NCBI RefSeq assembly: GCF_036365525.1
Contig: NW_027141363.1
Coordinates: 434,001 to 498,000, forward strand
Reading direction: 5' to 3'
Source: Heterodontus francisci
Lineage: Eukaryota
DNA length: 64,000 bases
Shown: piece after piece, positions 1 to 14,184 of the stretch
Numbering within the stretch: position 1 is the first letter of the stretch
How the letters are laid out: the number at the start of each line of letters is the position of its first letter
Notes under the pieces: generated by a model
The model's database searches: none
What the model was told of the DNA's origin: nothing
Seen by the model: only the letters and a program-made list of their open reading frames with translations
Made by a program: the position numbers and the translations under genes

Positions 1-1067
1 GGGGGAAGGCCAACTATACCAAAATTCGGCAGGAGCTGGGAAATGTAGATTGGGAGCAGCTGTTTGAAGGTAAATCCACATGTGATATGTGGGAGGCTTT
101 TAAAGAGAGGTTGATTAGCGTGCAGGAGAGACATGTTCCTGTGAAAATGAGGGATAGAAATGGCAAGATTAGGGAACCATGGATGACAGGTGAAATTGTG
201 AGACTAGCTAAGAGGAAAAAGGAAGCATACATAAGGTCTCGGCGGCTGATGAAAGACGAAGCTTTGAAAGAATATCGGGAATGTAGGACCAATCTGAAAC
301 GAGGAATTAAGAGGGCTAAAAGGGGTCATGAAATATCTTTAGCAAACAGGGTTAAGGAAAATCCCAAAGCCTTTTATTCATATATAAGGAGAAAGAGGGT
401 AACTAGAGAAAGGATTGGCCCACTAAAGGACAAAGGAGGAATGTTATGCTTGGACTCAGAGAAAACGGGTGAGATTCTAAACGAGTACTTTGCATCGGTA
501 TTCACCGAGGAGAGGGACATGACGGATGTTGAGGTTAGGAACAGATGTTTGATTACTCTAGGTCAAGTCGGCATAAGGAGGGAGGAAGTGTTGGGTATTC
601 TAAAGGGCATTAAGGTGGACAAGTCCCCAGGTCCGGATGGGATCTATCCCAGATTACTGAGGGAAGCGAGAGAGGAAATAGCTGGGGCCTTAACAGATAT
701 CTTTGCAGCATCCTTAAACACGGGTGAGGTCCCGGAGGATTGGAGAATTGCTAATATTGTCCCCTTGTTTAAGAAGGGTAGCAGGGATAATCCAGGTAAT
801 TATAGACCGGTGAGCCTGACGTCAGTGGTAGGGAAGATGCTGGAGAAGATACTGAGGGATAGGATCTATTCCCATTTGGAAGAAAATGGGCTCATCAGTG
901 ATAGGCAACATGGTTTTGTGCAGGGAAGGTCATGTCTTACCAACTTAATAGAATTCTTTGAGGAAGTGACAAAGTTGATTGATGAGGGAAGGGCTGTCGA
1001 TGTCATATACATGGACTTCAGTAAGGCGTTTGATAAGGTTGCCCATGGCAGGCTGATGGAGAAAGTG
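1..1067 (+). mobile_element. CR1-clade LINE ORF2 fragment (linker and N-terminal reverse transcriptase), 3' end missing
   Basis: ORF 87-1130 has CR1 RT motifs (KSPGPDGIYPR, NYRPVSLTS, QHGF, YMDFSKAFDKV). Near-identical to the copy at 14857-15735. Homology stops at about 1067. Confidence 0.95.
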
Positions 1068-2146
1068 ATAGCTGATGGAGAAAGTGATGGAGAAAGTGAA
1101 AGAGAAAGGAATAGCTTGATGGATGTTTAAAATAGAGGCTATTGCCTCTGGATCTCTCCTGATGTTTCCATCTCCATACCTATCTCCTATATGTTTGTGC
1201 ACACAGCAGTGAAGGATTACATCAAATTCATATATCTTACATTCTCCCTTTCAATCCACCCCAACAATCTCTCTCTCTCTCTCCAACCCTGTCCCTCTCT
1301 ACTGCCCGCTCTCTGTCTGCATATCTAACCCTCTCTCCCTCTGTCTCACTCCTAGTGTCAGAGAGAGCAGGAGGAAGAGACGGAGAGAGGAAGACAGAGA
1401 GAGAATTTAGAAGGAACTGTACTCTCTTCCTAAGCTGAACCTGCTCTCGGAGTGTTTGATGGGCTACATTAATCGGCCGTGTGTAGTCCTGTATCAGGCT
1501 GTGAAGAAGCAGAGCATGTTCAGTACACAACGGGTCAAAGGGAACGATTCACTCCTGTCTGCTACGGGAAAGAGAGACTGACCTTAACATCAATGCCGCG
1601 TTTGACCGAGTGTGACAGCGAGGAGACCGAGTAAAACTGAAGTCAGTAGGAATCTGCTGGTTGGAATTATACTGAGCACAAAGGAAGATGGTTGTGGTTG
1701 TTGGAGGTCAATCATCTCAGTTCCAGGACATCACTGCAGAATAATAGAGACAAGATAGATGAAAACTTTCTGTCTGCCATAAAAAGTGAAATGGTCAAAC
1801 AATGTTGTTATTGGAGAGGTCTGGCCTCTATCTGATTCCATTCAGACAGACAGACAGATATCAATATAAATGAAGACATATATTTGCCTGGGTTAGAGAT
1901 GGAAGACTGAACATTCCCTTCGGTCTTGTTACTACCTATCAGCAGCTGTGTACAATTTCTAATTGCACTGGTTTGATGTGGGTAATATTTATGTTTGAAA
2001 TGATGGGGTGAATCTTATAACAATCTCCCCGAGATGAAGTGGGATTGAGGGATTGGAGTAAAGGTCAGTAACAGTGCAATGCACTTTACACGACTGAGTA
2101 ACAAACATTGTTGTGTTAAAGTTTAATAAATCACACTTGTGTTGCA

Positions 2147-3080
2147 AAGAACAAATAAAGAACAAAGAACAAAGAACAGTACAGCACAGGAACAGGCCAT
2201 TCGGCCCTCCAAGCCTGCGCCGAACTAGATGCCTGCCGAAACTAACATCTTCTGCACTTCCGGGGCCCATATCCCTCTATTCCCTTCCTATTCATATATT
2301 TGTCAAGATTTCTCTTAAATGTCACTATCGTATCTGCTTCCACCACCTCCCCTGGCAGCAAGTTCCAGGCACTCACCACCCTCTGTGCAAAAAATTTGCC
2401 TCGCACATCCCCTCTAAACTTTGCCCCTCGCACCTTAAACCTATGTCCCCTAGTAACTGACTCTTCCACCCTGGGAAAAAGCTTCTGACTATCCACTCTG
2501 TCCATGCCGCTCATAACTTTGTAAACCTCTATCATGTCGCCCCTCCACCTCCATCGTTCCAGTGAAAATAATCCGAGTTTTTCCAACCTGTCCTCTAGCT
2601 AATGCCCTCCAGACCAGGCAACATCCTGGTAAACCTTCTCTGTACCTTCTCCAAAGCCTCCACGTCGTTCTGGTAGTGTGGCGACCGGAATTTCATTCAG
2701 TATTCTCAGTGTGGCCTAACTAAGGTTCTATACAGCTGCAACATGACTTGCCAATTTTTATACTCTATGCCCCGACTGATGAAGGCAAGCATGCCGTCTG
2801 CCTTCTTGACTACCTTATCCACCTGCGTTGCCACTTTCAGTGACCTGTGGACCTGTACGCCCAGATCTCTCTGCCTGTCAATACTCCAAAGGGTTCTGCC
2901 ATTTACTGTATACCTCCCACCTGCATTAGACCTTCCAAAATACATTACCTCACATTTGTCCGGATTAAACTCCATCTGCTATTTCTCCACCCATGTCTGC
3001 AACCGATCTATGTCCTGCTGTATCCTTTGACAATCCTCATTATTATCCGCAACTCCACCAACCTTTGTGTCGTCCGCAAT
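2147..3080 (-). mobile_element. CR1 LINE 3' portion with tandem (TTCTTTG)n tail
   Basis: Minus-strand ORFs contain ADDTKVGG, RDLGVQVH, YRTLVRPH and LFSLE.W..RGD. Tail reads aagaacaaagaac on the + strand at about 2147-2178. Confidence 0.92.
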
Positions 3081-3159
3081 TGCTGATATATATTTTTTAA
3101 TGATATGGATTGTTTTTCTCACAGGATTTTCGATTGTAATTTCCTTTATTTTGGCTGAT

Positions 3160-3450
3160 GTATAGAATATAAGGGCAGGGAGCTTATGCTGGAACTGCAT
3201 AAAACACTAGTTAGACCACAGCTAGAGAACTGTGTACAGTTCGGGTCAGCACATTACAGGAAGGATGTGATCACACTAGCGAGGGTACAGAGTAGATTTA
3301 CAAGGGATGTTGTCAGGAATGGAGAATTTTAGCTATGAGGAAAGATTGGACAGGCTGGTGTTGTTTTCTTTGAAACAGAGGAGGCTGAGGGGAGATTTAA
3401 TGGAGGTGTGTAAAATGATGATGGGCCCAGATTGAGTGGATCGGAAGGAC
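3160..3450 (+). mobile_element. Degenerate CR1 RT C-terminal fragment
   Basis: Residual KTLVRPQLE.CVQF and FSLKQRRLRGDLMEV coding signature. Confidence 0.75.
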
Positions 3451-3499
3451 CGATGGAGAATAACCCAAGCTCTCCAATACATCCATATACCTGAAGGAA

Positions 3500-6400
3500 C
3501 TGAAATAAAGACAGAGAGAACGAGGGACAGAGAGAGATAGAGGGGGAGAGATATAGAGAGTCTCAGCGACAGAGAGATAGGGCAAGGAGTGATAGGGGGG
3601 TAAAGAGAGAGAGAGAAGGAGAGAGAGAAGGAGAGAGAGGGACAGACAAAGAGAAGGAGAGAGGGAGTGACAGAGAGGGAATGATAGCTGGAGGGACAGA
3701 GAGAGACACAGAGAGAGAGGCAGAGACAGAGATAGCAGGAGAGAGACGGAAAGACAGAAAGGGAATGACAGATGGAGGGCCATACAGAGAGACAGAGAGA
3801 GTGGCAGAGACAAAGATAGAAGGAGAGCGAGCGAGTATCAGGAAGGGAAAGACAAATTGAGGGACAGAGAGAGAGACAGAGAGAGAAGGAGAGAGATGGA
3901 GTGACAGGGAGGGAAGGATAGATGGAGGGATAGAGAGACGGAGAGACAGAGAGGGAAAGACAGATGGAGGGACAGAGAGAGAGACAGAGAGAGTGGCAGA
4001 GACAGAAATAGAAGGAAAGAGAGGGATTGCCAGGAAGGAAAGGACAGATGGAGAGACAGAGTGAGAGACAGAGAGAGAAGGAGAGAGATGGAGTGACAGG
4101 GAGGGAAGGACAGATGGAGGGATAGAGAGAGAGACAGAGAGCGAGACAGAGACAGAGTTAGAAGGAGACAGAGGGAGTGACGGGCTGGTGGAGGGAGACA
4201 GATAAAGAGACAGAGAGAGAGAGAAGGAGAGAGATGGAGAGACAGGGAGGGAAAGACAGATGGAGAGACAGAGAATGAGAGGCAGAGATGGAAGGAGAGA
4301 GATGGCGTGACAGGCAGGGAAAGACAGATGGAGAGACAGAGAGGAAGACAGAGAGAGAAGGAGAGAGAGGGAGTGTCAGGGAGAGAAAGACAGATGGAGG
4401 GACAGAATGTGAGGGAGGGAGATAGAAGGAGAGGGTGGGAGTGACACAGAGGGTAGTACAGATGGAGGGACAGAGAGAGAGAGACGGAGAGATGGAGAGA
4501 GATGGAGTGACTGGCAGGGAAAGATAGATGGAGCGACAGATAGAAAGACAGAGAGAGAAGGAGAGAGAGGGAGTGTCAGGGAGGGAAGGACATATGGAGG
4601 GATAGAGTGAGAGACAGAGAGACAAGGAGAGAGAGGGAGTGTCAAAGAGGGAAGGGCAGATGGAGAGACAGAGAGATAGAGACAGTGATGGAAGGAGAGA
4701 GAGGGAGGGACAGAGAGGGAAAGACAGATGGAGGGTAAGAGAGAGAGTGAGAGAGATAGAAGGAGAGAGATGGAGTGACAATGAGGGAAGGACAGATGGA
4801 GGGACAGAAGGAGAGAGACAGAGATAGAAGGAGAGAGATGGAGTGAGGGAGGGGGGGAGAAGACAGATGGAGGGACAGAGAGAGAGAGAGACAGAGACAG
4901 AAGGAGAGATATGGAGAGACAGAGAGGGAAAGAGAGATGGAGAGACAGAGAGTGAGAGGCCGTGATGGAAGGTGAGAGATGGAGTGACAGGCAGGGAAAG
5001 ACAGATGGAGAGACAGAGAGAAAGACAGAGAGAGAAGGACAGAGAGGGTGTGACAGGGAGGGAAGGACAGATGGAGGGATAGAGAGAGAGAGACAGAGAC
5101 AGAGTTAGAAGGAGAAAGAGGGAGTGACGGGGTGGGGAGGGGGGAGACAGATGGTGAGACAGTGAGAGAGAGAGAAGGAGAGAGATGGAGAGACAGAGAG
5201 GGAAATACAGATGGAGAGACAGAGAGAAAGACAGAGAGAGAAGTACAGAGAGGGAGTGTCAGGGAGAGAAAGACAGATGGAGGGCCAGTGTGTGAGGGAG
5301 AGAGATAGAAGGAGAGGGTGGGAGTGACAGAGAGGGTAATACAGATGGAGGGACAGAGAGAGAGACAGAGATAGAGATAAAAGGAGAGAGAGTGAGTGAC
5401 AGGGGGTGGGAAAGACAGATGGAGAGACAGAGAGAGAGAGACGGAGAGAAGGAGAGAGATGGAGTGAGGGGGAGGGAAGGACAGATGGAGGGACAGAGAG
5501 TGAGAGGCAGAGATGGAAGGAGAGAGAGGGAGTGTCAGGGAGAGAAAGACAGATGTAGGGACAGAGTGAGAGAGACGGAGAGAAGGAGAGAGATGGAGTG
5601 AGAGGGAGGGAAGGACAGATGGAGGGGCAGAGAGAGAGATACAGAGATAGAAGGAGAGAGAGGGTGGGACTGAGAGGGAAGACAGATGGAGGGACAGAGA
5701 GAGAGAGAGATAGATAGATAGAAGGAGAGAGATGGAGTGACAGGGAAGGAAGGACAGATGGAGGGACAGAGAGAGAGAGAGACAGCGATAGAAGGAGAGA
5801 GATGGAGTGACAGTGTGGGAAGGACGATGGAGGGATAGAGTGAGAGACAGAGAGGCAAGGAAAGAGAGGGAGTTTCAGGGAGGGAATGGCAGATGGAGGG
5901 ATAGAGAGAGAGACAGAGATAGAAGGATGGAGAGGGAGGGACAGAGAGGGAAAGACAGATGGAGGGAAAGAGAGAGAGATAGAAGGAGAGAGATGGAGTG
6001 ACAATGAGGGAAGGACAGATGGAGGGACAGAGGGAGAGAGACAGAGATAGAAGGAAAGATATGCAGAGATAGAGAGGGAAAGAGAGTTGGAGAGACAGAG
6101 AGTGAGAGGCCGTGATGGAAGGTGAGAGAGGGAGTGACAGGCAGGGAAAGACAGATGGAGAGCCAGAGAGAGAGACAGAGCGAGAAGGAGAGAGAGGGTG
6201 TGACAGGGGGGGAAGGATAGATGGAGGGATTGAGAGAGAGAGACAGAGATAGAAGCAGAGAGTGGGTGTGACAGGGAGGGAAAGAGAAGTGGAGGGACAG
6301 AGAGATAGACAGGGATAGAGATAGAAGGAGAGAGAGGGTGTGACGCGGAGGGGAAGACAGATGGAGGGATAGAGTGAGAGGCAGAGAGAGAAGGAGAGAG

Positions 6401-9400
6401 ATGGAGTGACAGGGAGGGAAGGACAGATGGAGGGATAGAGAGAGAGACAGAGAGCGAGGCAGAGACAGAGTTAGAAAGAGAAAGATGGAGTGACGGGGTG
6501 GGGGGGGGAGACAGATGAAGAGACAGAGAGAGAGAGAAGGAGAGAGATGGAGAGACAGAGAGGGAAAGACAGATGGAGAGACAGAGAGTGAGAGGCAGAG
6601 ATGGAAGGAGAGAGAGGGAGTGTCAGGGAGAGAAAGACAGATGGAGGGACAGAGTGTGAGGGAGAGAGATAGAAGAAGAGGGTGGGAGTGACAGAGAGGG
6701 TAATATAGATGGAGGGACAGAGAGAGAGACAGAGATAGAGATAAAAGGAGTGAGAGTGAGTGACAGGGGGTGGGGAAGACAGATGGAGAGACAGAGAGAG
6801 AGAGACGGAGAGAAGGAGAGAGATGGAGTGACTGGGAGGGAAGGACAGATGGAGCGACAGATAGAAAGACAGAGAGAGAAGGAGAGAGAGGGAGTGTCAA
6901 AGAGGGAAGGGCAGATGGAGAGACAGAGAGATAGAGACAGTGATAGAAGGAGAGAGAGGGAGGGACAGAGAGGGAAAGACAGATGGAGGGTAAGAGAGGG
7001 AGTGAGAGAGATAGAAGGAGAGAGATGTAGTGACAATGAGGGAAGGACAGATGGAGGGACAGAGGGAGAGAGACAGAGATAGAAGGAGAGATATGGAGAG
7101 ACAGAGAGTGAGAGGCAGTGATGGAAGGTGAGAGATGGAGTTACAGGCAGGGAAAGACAGATGGAGAGACAGAGAGAAAGACAGAGAGAGAAGGACAGAG
7201 AGGGTGTGACAGGGAGGGAAGGGCAGATGGAGGGATTGAGAGAGAGAGACAGAGATAGAAGCAGACAGTGGGAGTGACAGGGCGGGAAAGAGAAGTGGAG
7301 GGACAGAGAGAGAGACAGAGATAGAGATAGAAGGAGAGAGAGGGTGTGACGGGGAGGGGAAGACAGATGGAGAGACAGAGAGAGAGAGACAGAGAGAGAA
7401 GGAGAGAGGGGGAGTGACAGGGAGGGAAGGACAGATGGTGGGATAGAGAGACGGAGAGACAGAGAGGGAAAGACAGATGGAGGGACAGAGAGAGAGAGAC
7501 AGAGAGAGTGGCAGAGACAGAGATAGAAGGAAAGAGAGGGATTGCCAGGAAGGAAAGGACAGATGGAGGGACAGAGTGAGAGACAGAGAGAGAAGGAGAG
7601 AGATGGAGTGACTGGGAGGGAAGGACAGATGGAGGGACAGAGAGTGAGAGGCAGAGATGAAATGAGAGAGAGGGAGTGACAGGCAGGGAAAGATAGATGG
7701 AGCGACAGATAGAAAGACAGAGAGAGAAGGAGAGAGAGGGAGTCACAGAGAGGGAAAGACTGTTGGAGGGACAGAGAGTGAGAGGCAGAGATGGAAGGAG
7801 AGAGAGGGAGTGTCAGGGAGAGAAAGACAGATGTCGGGACAGAGTGAGAGAGACGGAGAGAAGGAGAGAGATGGAGTGAGAGGGAGGGAAGGACAGATGG
7901 AGGGGCAGAGAGAGAGATACAGAGATAGAAGGAGAGAGAGGGTGGGACTGAGAGGGAAGACAGATGGAGGGACAGAGAGAGAGAGAGATAGATAGATAGA
8001 AGGAGAGAGATGGAGTGACAGGGAAGGAAGGACAGATGGAGGGGCAGAGAGAGAGAGATACAGAGATAGAAGGAGAGAGAGGGAGGGACTGAAAGGGAAA
8101 GACAGATGGAGGGACAGAGAGAGAGAGAGAGATAGATAGAAGGAGAGAGATGGAGTGACAGGGAGGGAAGGACAGATGGAGGGACAGAGAGAGAGAGAGA
8201 CAGCGATAGAAGGAGAGAGATGGAGTAACAGGGAGGGAAGGACAGATGGAGGGATGGAGTGAGAGACAGAGATAGATGAGAGAGAGGGTGTGTCTGGGTG
8301 GGAAAGACAGATGGAGGGACAGAGTGAGAGACAGAGAGAGAAGGAGAGAGGTGGTGTGTCAGGAAGGGAAAGGCAGATGGAGCGACAGAGTGGGAGACAG
8401 AGCGAGAAGGAGAGAGATGGAGTGACAGGGAGGGAAGGACTGATGGAGGGATAGAGAGAGAGAGAGAGAGATAGAAGGAGAGAGAGGTAGTGTCAGGGAG
8501 GGAAAGGCAGGTGGAGAGACAGAGAGAGAGAAAGACACATGGAAGGAGAGAGAGGGAGTCACAGAGAGGGGAAGACTGTTGGAGGGATAGAGAGAGACAG
8601 AGATAGAAGGAGAGAGAGGGAGTGTCAGGGAGGGAAAGACAGATGGAGGGACAGAGAGAGAGGCAGAGAGAGAAGGAGAGAGATGGAGTGACAGGGAGGG
8701 AAGGACAGATGGAGGGACAGAGAGAGAGGCAGAGAGAGAAGGAGAGAGATCGGGTGATGGTGGGGGCGGGAGCGGCGAGACTGATGGAGTGACAGAGAGA
8801 GAAGGAGAGAGTGGGAGAGACAGAGTGAAAGACAGATGGAGAGAAAGAGAGAGAGAGGCAGAGATGCAAGCAGTGAGGGAGTCACAGGTAGGGAAAGACA
8901 GATGGACAGACAGAGAGAGAGACAAAGATAGAAGGAGAGAGAGGGAGTGTCAGGGAGGGAAAGACAGATGCAGGGACAGAGAGAGAGAGACAGAGAAAAA
9001 AGGGAGAGAGAGGGAGTGTCAGGGAGGGAAAGACAGATGGCGGGACAGAGAGAGAGGGAGAGATAGAAGGAGAGAGAGGGAGAGACAGAGAGGGAAAGAC
9101 AGATGGAGGGATAGAGAGAGACAGAGATAGAAGGAGAGAGAGGGAGTGTCAGGGAGGGAAAGACAGATGGAGGGACAGAGAGAGAGACAGAGAGAGAAGA
9201 AGAGAGAGGGAGTGTCAGGGAGGGAAAGACAGATGCAGGGACAGAGAGAGAGAGACAGAGAAAAAAGGGAGAGAGAGGGAGTGTCAGGGAGGGAAAGACA
9301 GATGGCGGGACAGAGAGAGAGGGAGAGATAGAAGGAGAGAGAGGGAGAGACAGAGAGGGAAAGACAGATGGAGGGATAGAGAGAGACAGAGATAGAAGGA

Positions 9401-12400
9401 GAGAGAGAGGGAGTGTCAGGGAGGGAAAGACAGATGGAGGGACAGAGAGAGAGACAGAGAGAGAAGGAGAGAGATGGAGTGACAGGGAGGGAAGGACAGA
9501 TGGAGGGATAGAGAGAGAGACAGAGAGCGAGGCAGAGACAGAGTTAGAAGGAGAAAGAGGGAGTGACGATGTGGGGGGGGGGGAGACAGATGAAGAGACA
9601 GAGAGAGAGAGAAGGAGAGAGATGGAGAGACAGAGATGGAAAGACAGATGGAGAGACCGAGAGTGAGAGGCAGAGATGGAATGAGAGAGGGGGTGAGACA
9701 GAGAGGGAAATACAGATGGAGGGACAGAGAGAGAGCGAGAGATAGAAGGAGAGAGGGGGTGAGACAGAGAGGGAAATACAGATGGAGGGACAGAGAGAGA
9801 GCGATAGATAGAAGGAGAGAGTGGGAGAGACAGAGAGGGAAAGACAGATGGAGGGACAGAGAGAGACAGAGATAGAAGGAGAGAGACGGAGTGACAGGGA
9901 GGGAAGGACAGATGGAGGGACAGAGAGAGAGAGACAGAGAGAGAAGGAGTGAGGGAGATTGACAGGAATGGAAGGGCAGATGGAGGGATAGAAAGAGAGA
10001 GAGACAGAGATAGAAGGAGAGAGAGGGAGTGACAGAGAGGTAAAGATAGATGGAGGGACTGAGGGATACAGAGAGAGAGGAAGAGACAGAGATAGAAGGA
10101 GAGAGAGGGACATAGAGGGAGGGATCAAGAAAGAAGGAAATATGGTTGAAACCATTGCTGTATTGGGAGCGAGGGAGGAAGGGAGAGATGAAAAGAAAGA
10201 GAGACGGGGAAACAGAAAGGGAGAAATGGTGTCATAGAGACACAGACAGAGTTATGGACAGAGGCAGTGAAAGAGAGGGAGAGAGGGAGAGACAGAGAGA
10301 GAGAAAGAGGGAGAGACAGAGATAGAAGGAGAGAGAGGGAGTGACGGGGAGGGAAAGACAGATGGAGGGGCAGAGAGAGAAGGAGAGAGATGGAGTGACA
10401 GGGAGCGAAAGACAGATGGAGGGACAGAGAGAAACAGAGAGGAAGAGGTAGAAATAGAAAGGGAGACAGAGATATGGAGAGGAAGATAAAGAGACAGTGA
10501 GAGAGTGAGATAGAGAGAGAGAAAGGCAGAGATGGTGTGAGAGAGACACAAATAGAGTCATGGACAGAAGCACAGAGAGAGAGAGAGTAACAGAGAGAGA
10601 GAGAGAGTCAGAGAGAGAGAGAGACAGACAGAAAGAGAGAGATAGAGACACAGAAAGAAACAGACAGAAAGGGAGCGTCAGTGAGAGAGATGAGATAGAA
10701 TGAGAGAGAGGGAGTGACAGGCAGGGAAAGACAAATGGAGCGACATAAAGAAAGACAGAGAGGGAAGGAGAGAGAGGGAGTATCAGGGAGAGAAAGACAG
10801 ATGGAGGGAAAGAGAGAGAGACAGAGATATAGATAGAAGGAGAGAGAGTGAGTGACGGGGATGGGAAGACAGATGGTGAGACAGAGAGAGAGACAGAGAG
10901 AGAAGGAGAGAGAGGGAGAGATGGAGAGGGAAAGATAGATGGAGGGACAGAGAGAGAGAGACACAGAGATAGAAGGAGAGAGATGGAGTGACAGGGAGAG
11001 AAGGACAGATGGAGGGATAGAGTGCGAGATAGAGAGACAAGGAGAGAGATGGAGTGACAGGGAGGGAAAGGCAGATGGAGGGATAGAGTGAGAGACAGAG
11101 ATAGAAGGAGAGAAATGGAGTGTCAGGGAGGGAAGGACAGATGGCGGGACAGAGAGAGAGGGAGAGATAGAAGGAGAGAGGGGGTGAGACAGAGAGGGAA
11201 AGACAGATGGAGGGACAGAGAGAGAGCGATAGATAGAAGGAGAGAGTGGGAGAGACAGAGAGGGAAAGACAGATGGAGGGACAGAGAGAGGCAGAGATAG
11301 AAAGAGAGAGAGGGAGTGTCAGGGAGGGAAAGACAGATGGAGGGACAGAGAGAGACAGAGATAGAAGGAGAGAGAGGGAGTGTCAGGGAGGGAAAGACAG
11401 ATGGAGGGACAGAGAGAGAGACAGAGATAGAAGGAGAGAGACGGAGTGACAGGGAGGGAAGGACAGATGGAGGGACAGAGAGAGAGAGTCAGAGAGAGAA
11501 GGAGTGAGGGGGATTGACAGGAATGGAAGGGCAGATGGAGGGATAGAAAGAGAGTGAGGCAGAGATAGAAGGAGAGATGGGAGTGACAGAGAGGTAAAGA
11601 CAGATGGAGGGACTGAGGGATACAGAGAGAGAGGCAGAGGCAGAGATAGAAGGAGAGAGAGGGACAGAGAGGGAGGGGTAAAGAAAGAAGGAAATATGGT
11701 TGAAACCATTGCTCTATTGGGAGCGAGGGAGGAAGGGAGAGATGAAAAGAAAGAGAGACGGGGAAACAGAAAGGGAGAAATGGTGTCATAGAGACACAGA
11801 CAGAGTTATGGACAGAGGCAGTGAAAGAGAGGGAGAGAGGGAGAGACAGAGAGAGAGGGAGAGACAGAAACAGAAGGAAAGGGAGTGACAGGGAGGGAAA
11901 GACAGATGGAGGGACAGAGAGAGAAGGAGAGAGATGGAGTGACAGGGAGGGAAAGACAGATGGAGGGACAGAGAGAGAGAGACTGAGAGGAAGCGGTAGA
12001 AATAGAGAGGGAGACAGAGATATTGAGAGGAAGATACAGAGACAGTGAGAGAGAGAGATACAGAGAGAGAATGGCAGAGATGGTGCGAGAGAGACACAAA
12101 TAGAGTCATGGACAGAAGCAAAGAGCGAAAGAGTAACAGAGAATGAAAGAGAGAGAGAGAGAGAGAGAGAGTCAGAGAGAGAGAGAAAGACAGAAAGAGA
12201 GAGATAGAGACACAGAAAGAAACAGAGAGAAAGGGAGCGTCAGTGGGAGAGAGAGACAGAGACAGTGATAGCGAAAGACAACGAGAGAGAGAGATGGGGA
12301 GAAAGAGTTGTAGGGGAAGAGAGAGAGATAGAGGGGGAAGAGAGATATAGAGGGGGCAGAGAAAGATAGAGGGGGAAGAGAGTGATGGGGGAGAGAGAGA

Positions 12401-13187
12401 GGGGGAGAGAGAGAGGGGGAGAGAGAGAGGGGAGAGAGAGAGGGGGAGGGGATGAAAGAGAGGGGAGAGGGAGAGAGAGGGGGTGAGAGGGAGTGAGAGG
12501 GGGTGAGAGAGGGGTGAGAAGGGGTGAGAGGGGGAGAGGGCGAGAGAGGGGGAGAGGGCGAGAGAGGGGGAGAGGGCGGGAGAGGGGGCGAGGGAGAGAA
12601 AGGGGAGAGAGAGAGAAAGGGGGAGAGAGAGAGAAAGGGGAGAGAGAGGGGGGAGTGGGAGAGAGAGGGGGAGGGAGAGAGGGGGAGGGAGAAAGAGGGG
12701 AGAGGGAGAGAGAGTGGGGAGAAAGAGCTAGAGGGGGAGAGGGAGATAGTGGGGTAGATAGAGGGGGGAGAGGGAGAGAAAGGGGGAGAGGGAGAAATGG
12801 GGAGGGAGAGAGAAAGGGGAGAGAGAGGGGGGAGTTGGAGAGAGAGGGGGAGGGAGAGAGAGGGGGAGGGAGAAAGAGGGGGAGAGGGTGAGAGAGTGGG
12901 GAGAAAGAGTTAGAGGGGGAGAGGGAGATAGAGGGGTAGATAGAGGGGGAGAGGCAGAGAGAGCGAGAGAGGGAGATAGAGGGGGAGAGTGAGATGGATG
13001 GGCCGAGGGAGATCGAGGGGGGAGAGGGAGATCGAGGGGGGAGAGGGAGATTGAGGGGAGAGAGGGAGATCAAGGGGGAGAGGGAGATCAAGAGGGAGAG
13101 GGAGATAGAGGGGAGAGGGAGATAGAGGGGGAGAGGGAGATAGAGGGGGAGAGAGAGATGGGGAAGGGGGAGAGAGAGATGGGGAAG
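3500..13187. repeat. ~9.7 kb purine-rich (GA) complex satellite
   Basis: Recurrent ~60-65 bp unit (gggaaagacagatggagggacagagagagagacagagatagaaggagagagagggagtgaca). An internal higher-order duplication spans about 9930-10690 and 11490-12250. A G-richer (GGGGGAGA)-type block spans 12290-13187. Confidence 0.95.
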
Positions 13188-13420
13188 GGGTGGTGAACCT
13201 GTGGAATTCTCTGCCGCAGAAGGCAGTGGAGGCCAAGTCATTAAAGATATTCAAGGAGGGAAGAGATATATTTCTTAGTGTCAAAGGGATCAAGGGCTAT
13301 GGGGAGAAAGTAGGAACAGGGTACTGAATTAGCCCATTGGTCATGATCTTTATTGAATGGCAGAGCAGACCCGAGGGGCCGAATGGCCTGCTCCTGCTCC
13401 TATTTTCTATGTTTCTATGA
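13188..13420 (+). mobile_element. CR1 LINE 3' terminal fragment
   Basis: VVNLWNSLPQKAVEA motif followed by the typical 3'UTR (gggccgaatggcctgctcctgctcct...ttctatgtttctatg). Confidence 0.8.
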
Positions 13421-14184
13421 GAAGGGCAGACTGAGAGAGGGAGAGATCGAGAGAGAAGGAGAAACGGAGAGAGAAGGAGAGATAGAGATGCAGAGAGGTG
13501 ACCCTGAGATTCTCTCTCTCACACACACAAACATGTAGACACACACAGGCACACACAGAGACTGACACACACACACACACACACACACACATTTTACAAT
13601 CCACACTGATGACAGTAACAATGGCCAACAGAACCTCTGTAACAATCCCCTGTGTCTGCCCAGTCCTGTGAGAGACACAGAGAGAGATAGGGAGTGACGG
13701 TAAGTGACAGTGGAAGAAGGAGGACAAAACAGCTTGTAGGAGAAACCTTACATTTATTTGTGTTCAACAGATTTTATTAAAAGTTGAAGGGACTGGACAC
13801 TGAAAAAGGTTTCAGCACACAAAAAAACCCTGAGGGTCCCATTTGCACTTGTTCCATCCAGCCCTGTCTGTGAGGTTTGCTGATGTTTTGGGCAATGCTT
13901 CGTGAACTTAGAGAAAAAAGATGCACGATGCCCATTTTAATTCATTTTACTGTAGTTCTGAAGTTAGCTTTCTCTCTGTCTCCACATTCTTTCCCTGTGT
14001 CTCTATCTCCCGCCATGCTTTCTCTTCTCTGACTCTGTTTCACACTCGCCTTCTCCATTTAAAGCTTTAACAAATAAAAAAACATGCCACACACAGCAAT
14101 GCGATTTGTCGTGATTTGAAATAGTGAGACGGAATCAGCAGCTTGTTCCCAGTTTCAGGAGGGATTCGCTCTTTCTGGGGACTG

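Noticed and set aside
3397-13293. Many long S/L/P-rich and R/E/G-rich ORFs (up to 748 aa)
   Set aside because: Translations of GA/TC satellite that lacks stop codons. No domain signature or splice structure.
13745-13830. Possible J segment (minus-strand GTAAGG donor with nearby acaaaaaaacc)
   Set aside because: No proper heptamer at 12 or 23 bp spacing and no FGxG motif.
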